Shown here in pieces: positions 20,196-29,429 of a stretch of DNA of 64,000 bases. The DNA is taken from IMG/VR virus record IMGVR_UViG_3300043122_000207, positions 96,001 to 160,000 of that record, one strand, 5' to 3'. The notes beneath the pieces were generated by a model, which had not been told where the DNA came from, did no database searches, and was given only the letters and a program-made list of their open reading frames with translations. The stretch is from a virus. Within the stretch, counting starts at the first letter, position 1. Every line of letters begins with the position of its first letter. The translations under genes and the position numbers were made by a program.

Positions 20196-20774
20196 ATGTT
20201 AAATATGTTAAAGAAATTAATTATATTTTTACTTACTATTTTTGGTGTAAACACTAAGTCAGAAGAAATGAGTTTAGATATGGAGTTCAACAATTTAAGC
20301 GAGGAGGAATTTAATAAAAAAATACAACTGAAAGGGTTTGGGTGGTTGTGTGAATATATAAATAAATCTAATATGGATGATAGTTATATAGAGAGAGTAA
20401 AAAATATTAGACGATATTTTGAAATAACAACAGCCAGTGAAGACCCACTGATGTATATGGAGAATTTTAAAAAGTTGAATTATGTTAAACTAATAAATGT
20501 ACTTGGTAAAGATGGATTTTATAAAACATTTAAAAAAGAAATTATAATGGATATACACTATCAAATAACCGAGTATAGTATACCAGCTTATTTCCCAATA
20601 ATAAGAACAGACAACATATTAAAAGACATGTCAGATTATCTATATAGATATTATCTTAAAACAAAAGAAAAGGAATGTCTCACAACTAAAGAGTTTATCA
20701 ATTCAATGAATGGTGAACATTTATTGAGAAAAGAAAAGAATATGCTTGCAATGAATCCAATGGTTGTATCATAA
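20196..20774 (+). CDS. Hypothetical protein, paralogue family member 4, with N-terminal hydrophobic leader
   Basis: KGFGWLCEYINK..SYIERV motif; MLKKLIIFLLTIFG leader. Confidence 0.65.
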   Translation: MLNMLKKLIIFLLTIFGVNTKSEEMSLDMEFNNLSEEEFNKKIQLKGFGWLCEYINKSNMDDSYIERVKNIRRYFEITTASEDPLMYMENFKKLNYVKLINVLGKDGFYKTFKKEIIMDIHYQITEYSIPAYFPIIRTDNILKDMSDYLYRYYLKTKEKECLTTKEFINSMNGEHLLRKEKNMLAMNPMVVS

Positions 20775-20793
20775 GAGAGGGTGGACAAAATAA

Positions 20794-21201
20794 ATGGACG
20801 AAAGACATATAGATAGTATGCTTAGATTTTATAAAAAACACAATCCAAGAAAAGAAGCTGAAGATGATGATGTGGAGAAGTTTTATATGTATAAAATAAA
20901 CACTTTAAAGGGTTACTTTATAAGATTCAATTTCTTTTCTGGTTACACCGAATATATCGATGTTGATGCTATAAAGTTAGCCACACTATCTTTAGACTAC
21001 TTCCTTTTTGGGGAGGAGATAATAGGAAAGAGGCTAAAAAATTTAGCTGACACTTTAGAAAGCAACAGAAGAAAAGAGAGATTAAATAACTTCGATAAGT
21101 TTTTAATGATTTTGGGTCTTAAAAAGTTGAAAAATAAGAAGTCGATATTTGACAATTATGATTATGGTTCCTTTATCAAAGGAGTTTATGAAAGAATGTA
21201 A
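20794..21201 (+). CDS. Hypothetical protein
   Basis: 135-aa ORF ending at a bidirectional terminator. Confidence 0.65.
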   Translation: MDERHIDSMLRFYKKHNPRKEAEDDDVEKFYMYKINTLKGYFIRFNFFSGYTEYIDVDAIKLATLSLDYFLFGEEIIGKRLKNLADTLESNRRKERLNNFDKFLMILGLKKLKNKKSIFDNYDYGSFIKGVYERM

Positions 21202-21207
21202 TAAAGG

Positions 21208-21233
21208 GCGAGGGTTAAACCCTCGCTTTTTTT
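21208..21233. terminator. Bidirectional terminator
   Basis: GCGAGGGTTAAACCCTCGC between convergent genes. Confidence 0.85.
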
Positions 21234-21771
21234 ATTCGAATTCTTTATATATCTTACTCCCTTGGATACCTTTATTTTTTTGGTATTTACCTTTATCATA
21301 TGTTTTTAATATAGGCCCCATTAACGGTTCATAATATATTTGACATATCTCTATATCAGGGTATAAAAACACTGGCTCTGTACAACTGAGCTCAAGTGTC
21401 CAATACCCCTCAAAGCCGTTATCCCCAAATCCTGCAGTTGCATGGATATCAATACCCAATCTACCGATAGAACTTCTTCCTTCTAATCCTGGTACCAAAT
21501 TGTGCGTTTTAGTGTACTCTCTTGTTCTACCTAGATATAATTTATTGGGTTTCATCAAAAAACCATTTTTTTTGTCTATTTTGAAGGTTTTTGTTTTCAT
21601 TTCTTTTCTCATGTCAAGTGGTTCTCCATTAATAGAATTTTCATAAACAGTTAATTCATTGTGTAACCTAAGATTATAACTGTTTGGGTTTAATCTCTCT
21701 AAATCAAAATCCTCTATATAAATATCACCTTCATCAATTCTATCTAAAATTCCACCATCCGATAATTTCAT
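21232..21771 (-). CDS. dcd: dCTP deaminase
   Basis: LNPNSYNLRL, EGRSSIGRLG, DNGFEGYWTLEL, ICQIYY and GKYQKNKG match the Dcd family. Confidence 0.93.
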   Translation of the reverse strand: MKLSDGGILDRIDEGDIYIEDFDLERLNPNSYNLRLHNELTVYENSINGEPLDMRKEMKTKTFKIDKKNGFLMKPNKLYLGRTREYTKTHNLVPGLEGRSSIGRLGIDIHATAGFGDNGFEGYWTLELSCTEPVFLYPDIEICQIYYEPLMGPILKTYDKGKYQKNKGIQGSKIYKEFE

Positions 21772-21789
21772 TAGTCTCCTCCTCTAATA

Positions 21790-22017
21790 TTAAATTAAGC
21801 CGTTAACATACATTGGGCAATTTTCTTTATCATTCGGTGATAACCTAGCATCACCAATATAATTACATTCATTTTTTTCCCCATTGTAAACACATTCTTG
21901 AACATTACATTTTATATCGTCATTAGTTTTGTTTTTCATTTTGTCCATCTCCTTTTTATTGAGTCTTTTAACCTTATCTTTCATAAGCAACATTCTCATT
22001 TCTAATTCTATATCCAT
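21790..22017 (-). CDS. Hypothetical small Cys-rich protein
   Basis: Start refined to 22017; CNVQECVY..C..C pattern. Confidence 0.55.
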   Translation of the reverse strand: MDIELEMRMLLMKDKVKRLNKKEMDKMKNKTNDDIKCNVQECVYNGEKNECNYIGDARLSPNDKENCPMYVNGLI

Positions 22018-22046
22018 TTTTATCACCATTTCATTGTTATCAAAAC

Positions 22047-22076
22047 AAAAAAATGTGTGGGGTTTTAACCCCACAT
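22047..22076 (-). terminator. Intrinsic terminator
   Basis: TGTGGGG..CCCCACA with T tract on the - strand. Confidence 0.75.
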
Positions 22077-22202
22077 CTTATAAGGAATTAATATGGAGAA
22101 AACAAGGCAAGGGATTAAGAGAAATACATAATGATCTCATCTAAGACACTTGGGATAGTTTCAATAAGTTCACAGTGTATTTTTATTTCTTAATCTACCT
22201 CT
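22047..22202 (-). ncRNA. Candidate late small RNA
   Basis: Late promoter at 22201-22213 (-), no RBS-led sense ORF, terminator at 22047-22076 (-). Confidence 0.3.
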
Positions 22203-22213
22203 AGTATATTGTT
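22201..22213 (-). promoter_or_regulatory. Late promoter AACAA-N5-TAG
   Basis: AACAATATACTAG on the - strand, identical to 33955-33967. Confidence 0.6.
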
Positions 22214-22240
22214 ATAGTAAAAATATTTTTATTTTATAGT

Positions 22241-22253
22241 AACAAGCTTATAG
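22241..22253 (+). promoter_or_regulatory. Late promoter AACAA-N5-TAG upstream of thyX
   Basis: AACAAGCTTATAG. Confidence 0.6.
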
Positions 22254-22274
22254 AAAATAATGGGAGGTAATATA

Positions 22275-23123
22275 ATGAATGTAAATATAGTTGGTAATGG
22301 AAAAGTTCATCTTTTATCCGGTGGTGGTAAATGTTTTACTGATGTTGTGGCTAGGTTTGTTGGGTCAGAAAGAAATGTTGAAGAAATAATAGGGAGCGAT
22401 TATAATAAAGAAATTATAAAAAACATTTTAGAATCTGGACATTTAGCATGTACCGAATTTGATCATTTTATATTTGGAGTTGAAGGATATGCAAGAGTAA
22501 CAGAAGTCCAGTTGATAAGGAAACGGTTGGCTTCATACATGATAAAATCTGGAAGAGTTGAAAAGAATGGGAAAAGAAAATTCGATGTTGTTGTTCCCGA
22601 AGATATCCTTTATCATAATACAGAATATAATTTAAAACCAGAGGATATATTTGTGGACGGTATACCTCTAGATGAAATTTTATATGATGCTGGTTATGAT
22701 AATGTAGGGAGAGAGGATATTACATTTGATTTTGATGGGTATGACCTATTATCTATGATGGAGAAGTGGTATGATGAAGGTGTTGAGTTGGGTCTTCCTG
22801 AAGAGAATTTAAGATATTTGAAACCACAAGCTACAGAATTTAAAGGTGTATTCAGTATGAATGCACATGGTCTTTTAGATTGGTTTAAAATCAGATGTTG
22901 TATGACAGCTCAAGATGGTGTTAGAGATATGGCTAATAAAACAAAAGATATCTGTAAGGATGTATTCCCAGATTTATTTAAGGATGCCGGTGCAAGTTGT
23001 GTTTCTTTAGGGTATTGTCCAGAAAACAGCAGACAACATGGAGCATGTAGTATCATAACCCATGAAGAAGTAAAAGAAATGATAAAGGAATCTAAAAGGT
23101 GTAATACAAAATGGGTGAAGTAG
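22275..23123 (+). CDS. thyX: Flavin-dependent thymidylate synthase
   Basis: GHLACTEF, signature RKRLASYMIKSGR (RHRxxSxxxxSxR with H to K), LRYLKPQA, WFKIRCCMTAQ; start refined from 22260. Confidence 0.88.
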   Translation: MNVNIVGNGKVHLLSGGGKCFTDVVARFVGSERNVEEIIGSDYNKEIIKNILESGHLACTEFDHFIFGVEGYARVTEVQLIRKRLASYMIKSGRVEKNGKRKFDVVVPEDILYHNTEYNLKPEDIFVDGIPLDEILYDAGYDNVGREDITFDFDGYDLLSMMEKWYDEGVELGLPEENLRYLKPQATEFKGVFSMNAHGLLDWFKIRCCMTAQDGVRDMANKTKDICKDVFPDLFKDAGASCVSLGYCPENSRQHGACSIITHEEVKEMIKESKRCNTKWVK

Positions 23124-23329
23124 TTAATTTAAACCAATTTAGAAAAGACTATAATAAAGATAGGTATGCAGTTTTTGCTTTTAGTTGGGGTGCAGCAACC
23201 AAAGATATGAAAAAAGATAAATGGTTAACTATTGTTTTTGATGCTGAGACAGCTTTAGATGTAAGTGAACGAGATGTGGTAATTGACGATGGCGGAATAA
23301 GATTCATAAAAAATAAGAGGAGAAATTAA
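23111..23329 (+). CDS. Hypothetical protein
   Basis: 72-aa ORF overlapping the thyX stop. Confidence 0.55.
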   Translation: MGEVVNLNQFRKDYNKDRYAVFAFSWGAATKDMKKDKWLTIVFDAETALDVSERDVVIDDGGIRFIKNKRRN

Positions 23330-23342
23330 AGGGGGATGAACC

Positions 23343-23531
23343 ATGTTTAAATTAAAATTTGAATCATCAAAAGAGAATGAGGTTTATACTAGACATGAGT
23401 TTTCTTGGGGGTATGGTATCTACAATGAAAAGGAAAAGAAATGGTGGGAAGTTTCTTTTGGTGATGAACCAGTATATGTGGGTCACTTAAATGTGTCAGT
23501 CGATGAAAAAGGTTTACTAATTCGCAACTAA
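23343..23531 (+). CDS. Hypothetical protein
   Basis: 62-aa ORF with AGGGGG RBS, before a terminator. Confidence 0.6.
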   Translation: MFKLKFESSKENEVYTRHEFSWGYGIYNEKEKKWWEVSFGDEPVYVGHLNVSVDEKGLLIRN

Positions 23532-23532
23532 T

Positions 23533-23564
23533 AAAAACCCAGGGGTAAAACCCTGGGTTTTTTT
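23533..23564. terminator. Bidirectional terminator
   Basis: AAAACCCAGGGGTAAAACCCTGGGTTTT between convergent genes. Confidence 0.88.
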
Positions 23565-23565
23565 A

Positions 23566-23784
23566 TTAAACAAATTTTCTCAGTAACTTAATCTTTTTAT
23601 TAGCTAATTCTTCATCTGGAGATGTGTAACTTTTACCTGACTTCTTATATCTACGCCAAAGCTCAATCAATTCTTGTGCATTATTTCTTTCATCCTTTTC
23701 TAGCTCCTCAATTCTTTGTAAAATCTTATCTCTTTCTATTTCTCTTGAAGATTTAATAAATACACCATTAACCATTACTATCAT
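23566..23784 (-). CDS. Small protein co-transcribed after the vRNAP beta gene
   Basis: 72-aa ORF between the vRNAP beta stop and a bidirectional terminator. Confidence 0.6.
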   Translation of the reverse strand: MIVMVNGVFIKSSREIERDKILQRIEELEKDERNNAQELIELWRRYKKSGKSYTSPDEELANKKIKLLRKFV

Positions 23785-23802
23785 CCCCTAATTATTTTTT
23801 TT

Positions 23803-26800
23803 TTATTCGATGTCCATATCTTCTTTACACTGTTTTATAAGTTTTCTCATTGCACCTGTTAGGAGCCCTGAAATAAAAACAGAGTTAGTCATTCTTTTCA
23901 TAGGTGAATTTGGTGATAAAACCACATCAACATTTCTGCCAGTTTCAACACCTGTTGGCATCTTCTCGTCATCGTAAACTCTGGCATTAATGGCTTTTAA
24001 AGAGGTATAGTTTGTACCCTTATCACCAGTGGAGAAGATATCATAACTTTCCACATAATACTCAAATAAAACTTCATCTTTATTAAGTTTTATACCATTT
24101 ATTTTATCACCAACCTTTACCTTAGCATTTTTCTTACCGAAAAGAATTTTACTTTCAGTTGAACCATGTTCTTCCAACTGTTTAGCATTAGATTGTTTGT
24201 TATTTAATAAAAAATCATCTATTTTTCTTATATGGTATTGTATACTGTTTGAATATTCGTCAAGATTAGAAGTTCTATAAACTCTCATATCAACTATTCT
24301 ACCACCACGTTTTACTTTCTTTTCGTGTTGATTTAATTCTGATGACTCTACATTTAAAAACTCATCAACCTCTTCATCACCAGTCATGGATTCGAAAACC
24401 ATTAACGGTTCTCCAGATCTCACCTCTTTGAATTCTGCAACAGACTCATGTATTTTAGCATCATTTTTTAAAAGAACAGCATATTTTTTAATAACCTTTG
24501 TTGCTAATCTTTTTGTAAGTGATCTAGAAACCATAGTGGAATCCTCATAAGTCTCTGGTGCTGAATGTAATGCTAGAGTAACTATTGGACCAGGAGTAAA
24601 ATGAAGTGAATATCCGTCTGTTTTAAAGAAGTTTTTATTATATGCTAAAACATCGCCGGCTTTTATTTTCTTACCAACTTTAATTTTTGGCATCAACTTC
24701 ATTTCGTTAGATATATACATGCTTTTAGCTGAATTCTTTTCTACAGAATTTATAGGGAAACTATCTTCTGTTCCGTCAGAGTATTCCACGGTAATATAAT
24801 TTCCAGATATATTAGATACCACGCCGTCTTTTTTAGATTTTCTAACAAACTCATTTGACATATGTGCTAAAGCTTCATCTGCACCAGTGGAGACCATTAG
24901 GGGGTCTGCATCTTCAACACCCATAAGGTGGTTTGTCTGACTTAAATTCATAGCAGTTCTCGGTGCATCATCTTTTGAGGTGGTCATAGGAGTTAAAACT
25001 TCCGATATAGATAGGAGTGTTTTAGAATCAAGATCATCCACATCCTCCATATCTACGTTTTCAAAAAACCCTCTAGCAGATAATATCTTTGGGTCTACAC
25101 CAAAATGCTTTACAACACCAATGGAACCTGAGTAAGCAGAAGCCATAGAGAATTTACCATAGAAACTAGGATCATACAATCTCTTATCTGCTGTGTATGC
25201 TCTATCTAAGTTCAACCCAGATAGACCTTTCATTGAAGCAGATGAATATTTATCTATCTCTCTAGCTGGATTAACAGTAGAGTATTCCTCAAGGTTTGGT
25301 AATTCATATAACTTTTTAATTACAGCATTTTTATCAATTGAGAAAGTAGATTTAGTATTACCTCTTTTTTTAGCAACAGAGAATTTTTCATATTCATCAG
25401 CTAAAACATTAGCCATTGTCGCAGTTATTAATTCCTGATATCTAACCCTTGAATTTCTTATATCGATGTCCTTTTCATTTACAGCTGTGGATAATAGATA
25501 ATTAGCATAAATTAAAAGATCGGTGAATTCAGTGGGTAAGGAAAAATGAACCAATATATTTTTGGTTATTGCATCTATCATCGTATTATTGTAGTTATCA
25601 ATATATACTGGGAAATTATGACTACCCATTTCATCTTCTAATATATTTGCCATAACATCTTTATCTTCTAAGTCTGCTAGTTCGTATCCAGAAAGATCCA
25701 TTCTCTGCAAGTAACTCATAATAGATATATTAGCCATTGAATCATATTTATAAATTAAATATGTGTCTTCAAATTCAATTAGACCTTCTTTAAATTTATC
25801 TATCTTTGGTTTCTTTTCTTTAGTTTCTAACCTATAATCAATATCCATTTTTTCCATTAAAGAATCTAAGCCCATAAGATAAGTTAATATAAGAACTAAG
25901 GGTGCATCTTTACCCAGTATCTTTACAGAAGTATAAACGATAGTTTTTGGCACTGTGTTTTTTTCTTCAATATACTTATGGAGTTTTGGGATATATTCCT
26001 CTGAAACTTTTATCAGAAATTCTGATAAAACCATACCCTTATAATCACCATCGGTGGTTATGGTTTCTGTCTCTTTATTTAGGATTATCTCGTTACCTTC
26101 TATCTCACCTAGAACAATTTCATTTTCATTATCGTTTTCATACAACTGTTTTGATTTTTCATAATCGAATATAAGGTTAACGCTATTTGTGTTTACTTCT
26201 GATAAATATCTTGATATACCATTATATTCTCTAGTGGTTTCCCCTGTATTGAAGTTGGTTTCAAAAGCTGATTCAAAATTAATTATATCAGACTTATTTT
26301 CATCTTCAAACTTTTTAAAACCTCTGACAAATTTAGAATAAATAGGAGATAGGTATTTTCCACCTTTATATGTCATCCGTAATTTATTTCTATTTGAGGT
26401 TATAATAACGTACTCTTCATTTTTTGTTATGGGGTTACTCATGATCTGTCCTATGATATTTTTTTTAGAACCACCAAGATACACAAATTTATCATAAACC
26501 AATTTTGGTAATGTTATTTTCACATTGTGCCTATTACCCTCTAAATCTTTGAATTTCATTTTGATATCTTCAGTATAGTTTAACTCATCTGATGAGTCTT
26601 CTGTTTCTATTTTTTGAATGTATAAGGGGACATCTGTATTAGAGAAAGATTGTGCTATTTCTGTAATATCAAATTTCTTTAATTTTTCATCATATGTTTT
26701 ATTGAAGTTAACAAAAGAGTTCTCATTGTATTTATCTATGGCTGTTATATCATATGAATCTTTTGGTACATCTATATCCTTTATTTCTTCTAGAAGTTCA

Positions 26801-27927
26801 GAATACGACATATCATCTATTTCCACATTCATAACATCCTCGATATATTTTCTTTCTTTCTCACCCATTTCAGATACTCTCTCTAGGGCTTTAGTCCTTA
26901 CTTCCTTCAATATTTTAGATATCTCTTTTGCTTTTTCCGGTTCATCAGTCATATTAATTACTTTATCTAAAACTTCTTCCTCTATTAGCGGTACATCTTT
27001 TTTCTCTTCTTTATCTTCTTTTTCTTCTTTTTCTATTTCTCCTTCGGGGTCTATCTCTTCATCAGGAGAATCTTCATCTTCTAATGTATCTACAACAGCG
27101 TCAGTTACTTCGTGTTTTATCCTGTCGTTATCGTTTTCTTTAGTTTCTTCGTCATCATCGTCTGAAGTTTTAAGTCTTCTAAAACGCAACAGTATATCTT
27201 TTAAAAGATCACTCACATCAGAGTTACTCTCTTTAAGATATTCATCCAACCTCTCATCAAATGATAATTTAAATAATCCCTTTTCTGAAGTAAAGACAAT
27301 GGTTGTGTCTTTGAATACATCTTTTAAGTATTTTAAATCAGGATTATATTTTAAAACATAAAGAAAAAGGTATAGTAAATTGGGGGTTGTATAATCTGAT
27401 TTTTTGATATCCCCAACATTCACAATATCAGTATCAGATATATCGAATAAAATGTATTTGTCATCGTATTCTTCTGCTGAATTTATTATATCCTTTATGA
27501 TTGTCTTATAATATTCATCTACAAATTTGTAATTTTTTATATCTTTAGAAAAAATCATTTCATTTATTAACGATACATCATAAAAAAGATTTCTTTTAGA
27601 GTATTGAGATAAATTCCTATACATATATTTTATCTCGGGACAATTATCTTTAACATAATCGTATACTTTTTTCAAATCATTTTTCATATACACTCTCTGT
27701 GAAAGAATTTTTTCTTTATAAATTCTATCAACATAAATAGCTTTAACTCTTCTTAAGTGTAAATGATATGGTGAATTCTGTTGGGAATCATTTATGTACT
27801 TTAATGTATCATCAAAATTAGTGAACATAGGTATTATAAATCTACCTTTTGTATATGGTTTCTTTCTACTTAGAGCATAGATTCTTCTGCCTATTTTCAT
27901 CGTTGATAAGTCTTCCAAAAATATCAT
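23803..27927 (-). CDS. Virion RNA polymerase beta subunit, large fragment (phiKZ gp178-like)
   Basis: DAPRTAM..Q, YEDS, GDKGTNY..K, DVVLSPNS..KRM beta motifs; start refined to 27927 (GAGAGG RBS), downstream of late promoter 27957-27970. Confidence 0.9.
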   Translation of the reverse strand: MIFLEDLSTMKIGRRIYALSRKKPYTKGRFIIPMFTNFDDTLKYINDSQQNSPYHLHLRRVKAIYVDRIYKEKILSQRVYMKNDLKKVYDYVKDNCPEIKYMYRNLSQYSKRNLFYDVSLINEMIFSKDIKNYKFVDEYYKTIIKDIINSAEEYDDKYILFDISDTDIVNVGDIKKSDYTTPNLLYLFLYVLKYNPDLKYLKDVFKDTTIVFTSEKGLFKLSFDERLDEYLKESNSDVSDLLKDILLRFRRLKTSDDDDEETKENDNDRIKHEVTDAVVDTLEDEDSPDEEIDPEGEIEKEEKEDKEEKKDVPLIEEEVLDKVINMTDEPEKAKEISKILKEVRTKALERVSEMGEKERKYIEDVMNVEIDDMSYSELLEEIKDIDVPKDSYDITAIDKYNENSFVNFNKTYDEKLKKFDITEIAQSFSNTDVPLYIQKIETEDSSDELNYTEDIKMKFKDLEGNRHNVKITLPKLVYDKFVYLGGSKKNIIGQIMSNPITKNEEYVIITSNRNKLRMTYKGGKYLSPIYSKFVRGFKKFEDENKSDIINFESAFETNFNTGETTREYNGISRYLSEVNTNSVNLIFDYEKSKQLYENDNENEIVLGEIEGNEIILNKETETITTDGDYKGMVLSEFLIKVSEEYIPKLHKYIEEKNTVPKTIVYTSVKILGKDAPLVLILTYLMGLDSLMEKMDIDYRLETKEKKPKIDKFKEGLIEFEDTYLIYKYDSMANISIMSYLQRMDLSGYELADLEDKDVMANILEDEMGSHNFPVYIDNYNNTMIDAITKNILVHFSLPTEFTDLLIYANYLLSTAVNEKDIDIRNSRVRYQELITATMANVLADEYEKFSVAKKRGNTKSTFSIDKNAVIKKLYELPNLEEYSTVNPAREIDKYSSASMKGLSGLNLDRAYTADKRLYDPSFYGKFSMASAYSGSIGVVKHFGVDPKILSARGFFENVDMEDVDDLDSKTLLSISEVLTPMTTSKDDAPRTAMNLSQTNHLMGVEDADPLMVSTGADEALAHMSNEFVRKSKKDGVVSNISGNYITVEYSDGTEDSFPINSVEKNSAKSMYISNEMKLMPKIKVGKKIKAGDVLAYNKNFFKTDGYSLHFTPGPIVTLALHSAPETYEDSTMVSRSLTKRLATKVIKKYAVLLKNDAKIHESVAEFKEVRSGEPLMVFESMTGDEEVDEFLNVESSELNQHEKKVKRGGRIVDMRVYRTSNLDEYSNSIQYHIRKIDDFLLNNKQSNAKQLEEHGSTESKILFGKKNAKVKVGDKINGIKLNKDEVLFEYYVESYDIFSTGDKGTNYTSLKAINARVYDDEKMPTGVETGRNVDVVLSPNSPMKRMTNSVFISGLLTGAMRKLIKQCKEDMDIE

Positions 27928-27956
27928 ATAAACACCTCTCTTTAATTCATTGTGGT

Positions 27957-27970
27957 CTAATTGGATTGTT
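27957..27970 (-). promoter_or_regulatory. Late promoter upstream of vRNAP beta
   Basis: AACAATCCAATTAG on the - strand. Confidence 0.65.
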
Positions 27971-27991
27971 CTCGACGTTTTATATCGTAGA

Positions 27992-28018
27992 GAAAGAAAG
28001 GTGGGTTTTAAACCCACC
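27992..28018 (-). terminator. Intrinsic terminator of the lysis cassette
   Basis: GGTGGGTTTTAAACCCACC, T-rich tail on the - strand. Confidence 0.7.
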
Positions 28019-28023
28019 GTGTG

Positions 28024-28563
28024 TTATTTTAATATAAGGTAAGTTATTCCAACACCTATACCAAAGTATAAGTATTTATTTATTTTGGATTGAATTCTCA
28101 ATCTTGTATTTTCTCTTTCTAATGATTCGTTTATCTCATCTAAATTTACGATAGTCTCATCCTGTGTTTCGGTTATGTCTTCTAATTTCATGGTGTACTG
28201 ATCATTAGCTATACGTTCTTCTTTTAATGATTCCTTTAACAATCGGTTTTCTTCCATTAAAGCACCAACCAATTCCATATAGTAATCTTTAATGGTGGTT
28301 AAATCGGCATTTTGTTTTTCCAGTGTATTTATGGTTCCTTTAAGTTCGTTAACTCTTTTATCATGTATCTCACGTTCTTCTTCTAGCATAGATTTTAATT
28401 CTTCATTATTTGTTTCTAATACACCGATTTCATTTCTTAATTTCACAATTTCCTCGGCTATCTTTTTCTCTTCCTCTTCGTTTAGTTCACCATGTGCAAA
28501 AACAACAGGACTAATTTGTATCGTCATTAAGAATACTATCAAAAGTATCGCTAACTTCTTCAT
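28024..28563 (-). CDS. Exported coiled-coil protein with C-terminal hydrophobic anchor (spanin-like partner)
   Basis: Signal peptide MKKLAILLIVFLM..VFA|HG, long heptad repeat, C-terminal YLYFGIGVGITYLILK; overlaps the upstream gene by about 50 nt. Confidence 0.5.
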   Translation of the reverse strand: MKKLAILLIVFLMTIQISPVVFAHGELNEEEEKKIAEEIVKLRNEIGVLETNNEELKSMLEEEREIHDKRVNELKGTINTLEKQNADLTTIKDYYMELVGALMEENRLLKESLKEERIANDQYTMKLEDITETQDETIVNLDEINESLERENTRLRIQSKINKYLYFGIGVGITYLILK

Positions 28564-29032
28564 CTGTGAGTTCAACATCCTCTTCCCTCACTTTCTTTAA
28601 TTCCTCTTCCTGTTCCTTTATTTTTTTGTCATTTTTTTCTCTTATTTCTTCAACTCTCTCAGCTGTTTCTTCAGCTAATTCTTTTTCTTTATCTATAATT
28701 TTTCCCCGTTCTTTAACCTGTTTTCTTAATCGATCTATCTTATCTTGGTCCTCTTTTATTATGCCCGTTTTTTTAGCTGCCTCTTTTAATTCTTTTTGGT
28801 TTTCTTTTATAATAGTTTCTTTTTCTTCCTTTTTCTTTTTAGCTTCTTTTTTTAGTTCTTTAGTCTTTTCTTTCTTTTCCTCTACTTTCTTTTTTCTTTT
28901 CTCTCTCATTTTTTTACCATCACTATTTAATGACACACTAATTATGATGGACAAAACAATGGTTAACCCATAAAGAATATATTCTTTGTATTCAGAGAGT
29001 TTAGCAAGAAATAATTTAAATTTAGTTTTCAT
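28511..29032 (-). CDS. Inner-membrane spanin-like protein (TM plus charged coiled coil)
   Basis: Single N-terminal TM YILYGLTIVLSIIISVSL followed by a K/E coiled coil; follows a holin-like gene. Confidence 0.55.
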   Translation of the reverse strand: MKTKFKLFLAKLSEYKEYILYGLTIVLSIIISVSLNSDGKKMREKRKKKVEEKKEKTKELKKEAKKKKEEKETIIKENQKELKEAAKKTGIIKEDQDKIDRLRKQVKERGKIIDKEKELAEETAERVEEIREKNDKKIKEQEEELKKVREEDVELTDEEVSDTFDSILNDDTN

Positions 29033-29045
29033 TTTTTCTCACCTC

Positions 29046-29354
29046 CTATTTTTTCTTATTTTTTAAATATTCGTGTGCTTCTTCTTTGAAATATTTAGCA
29101 CCCGTACCTACAACTATCAAAGAAGAAATCCATTTAAGAGAATTGAAAAATGAAGTATCTTCTATAAGTCCCTCTTTCAGGAAAAGAAATAAAAAAAATA
29201 CTATTGCAGTTAAAATAACATCATTTCTTATATCATCTTTTCCTAGTGTGGAAATTATAACTCTTTTGAGTATACTAACCCAGCTTGTGTTTTCATTATA
29301 GTTTTCTATAGGGTTTTCTTCAACCTTCTTTTTTTCTTCATCCATTATGTTCAC
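29046..29354 (-). CDS. Putative holin
   Basis: About 100 aa, two TM segments, highly basic C-terminus (KNKKK), late promoter at 29371-29384. Confidence 0.55.
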   Translation of the reverse strand: MNIMDEEKKKVEENPIENYNENTSWVSILKRVIISTLGKDDIRNDVILTAIVFFLFLFLKEGLIEDTSFFNSLKWISSLIVVGTGAKYFKEEAHEYLKNKKK

Positions 29355-29370
29355 CCTTTCCTTTTATACA

Positions 29371-29417
29371 CTATAGTGTTTGTTTCCTTTGACCCCCAAA
29401 TGAAACAATTATAATAG
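29371..29417. promoter_or_regulatory. Divergent pair of late promoters
   Basis: AACAAACACTATAG (-, 29371-29384) and AACAATTATAATAG (+, 29404-29417). Confidence 0.65.
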
Positions 29418-29429
29418 TTTTATAAAGGA

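Noticed and set aside
27928-28017. N-terminal extensions predicted by the ORF track (vRNAP beta from 28017; similarly 5536, 22074, 36375, 44587)
   Set aside because: They run through terminators or promoters; downstream starts have proper RBSs
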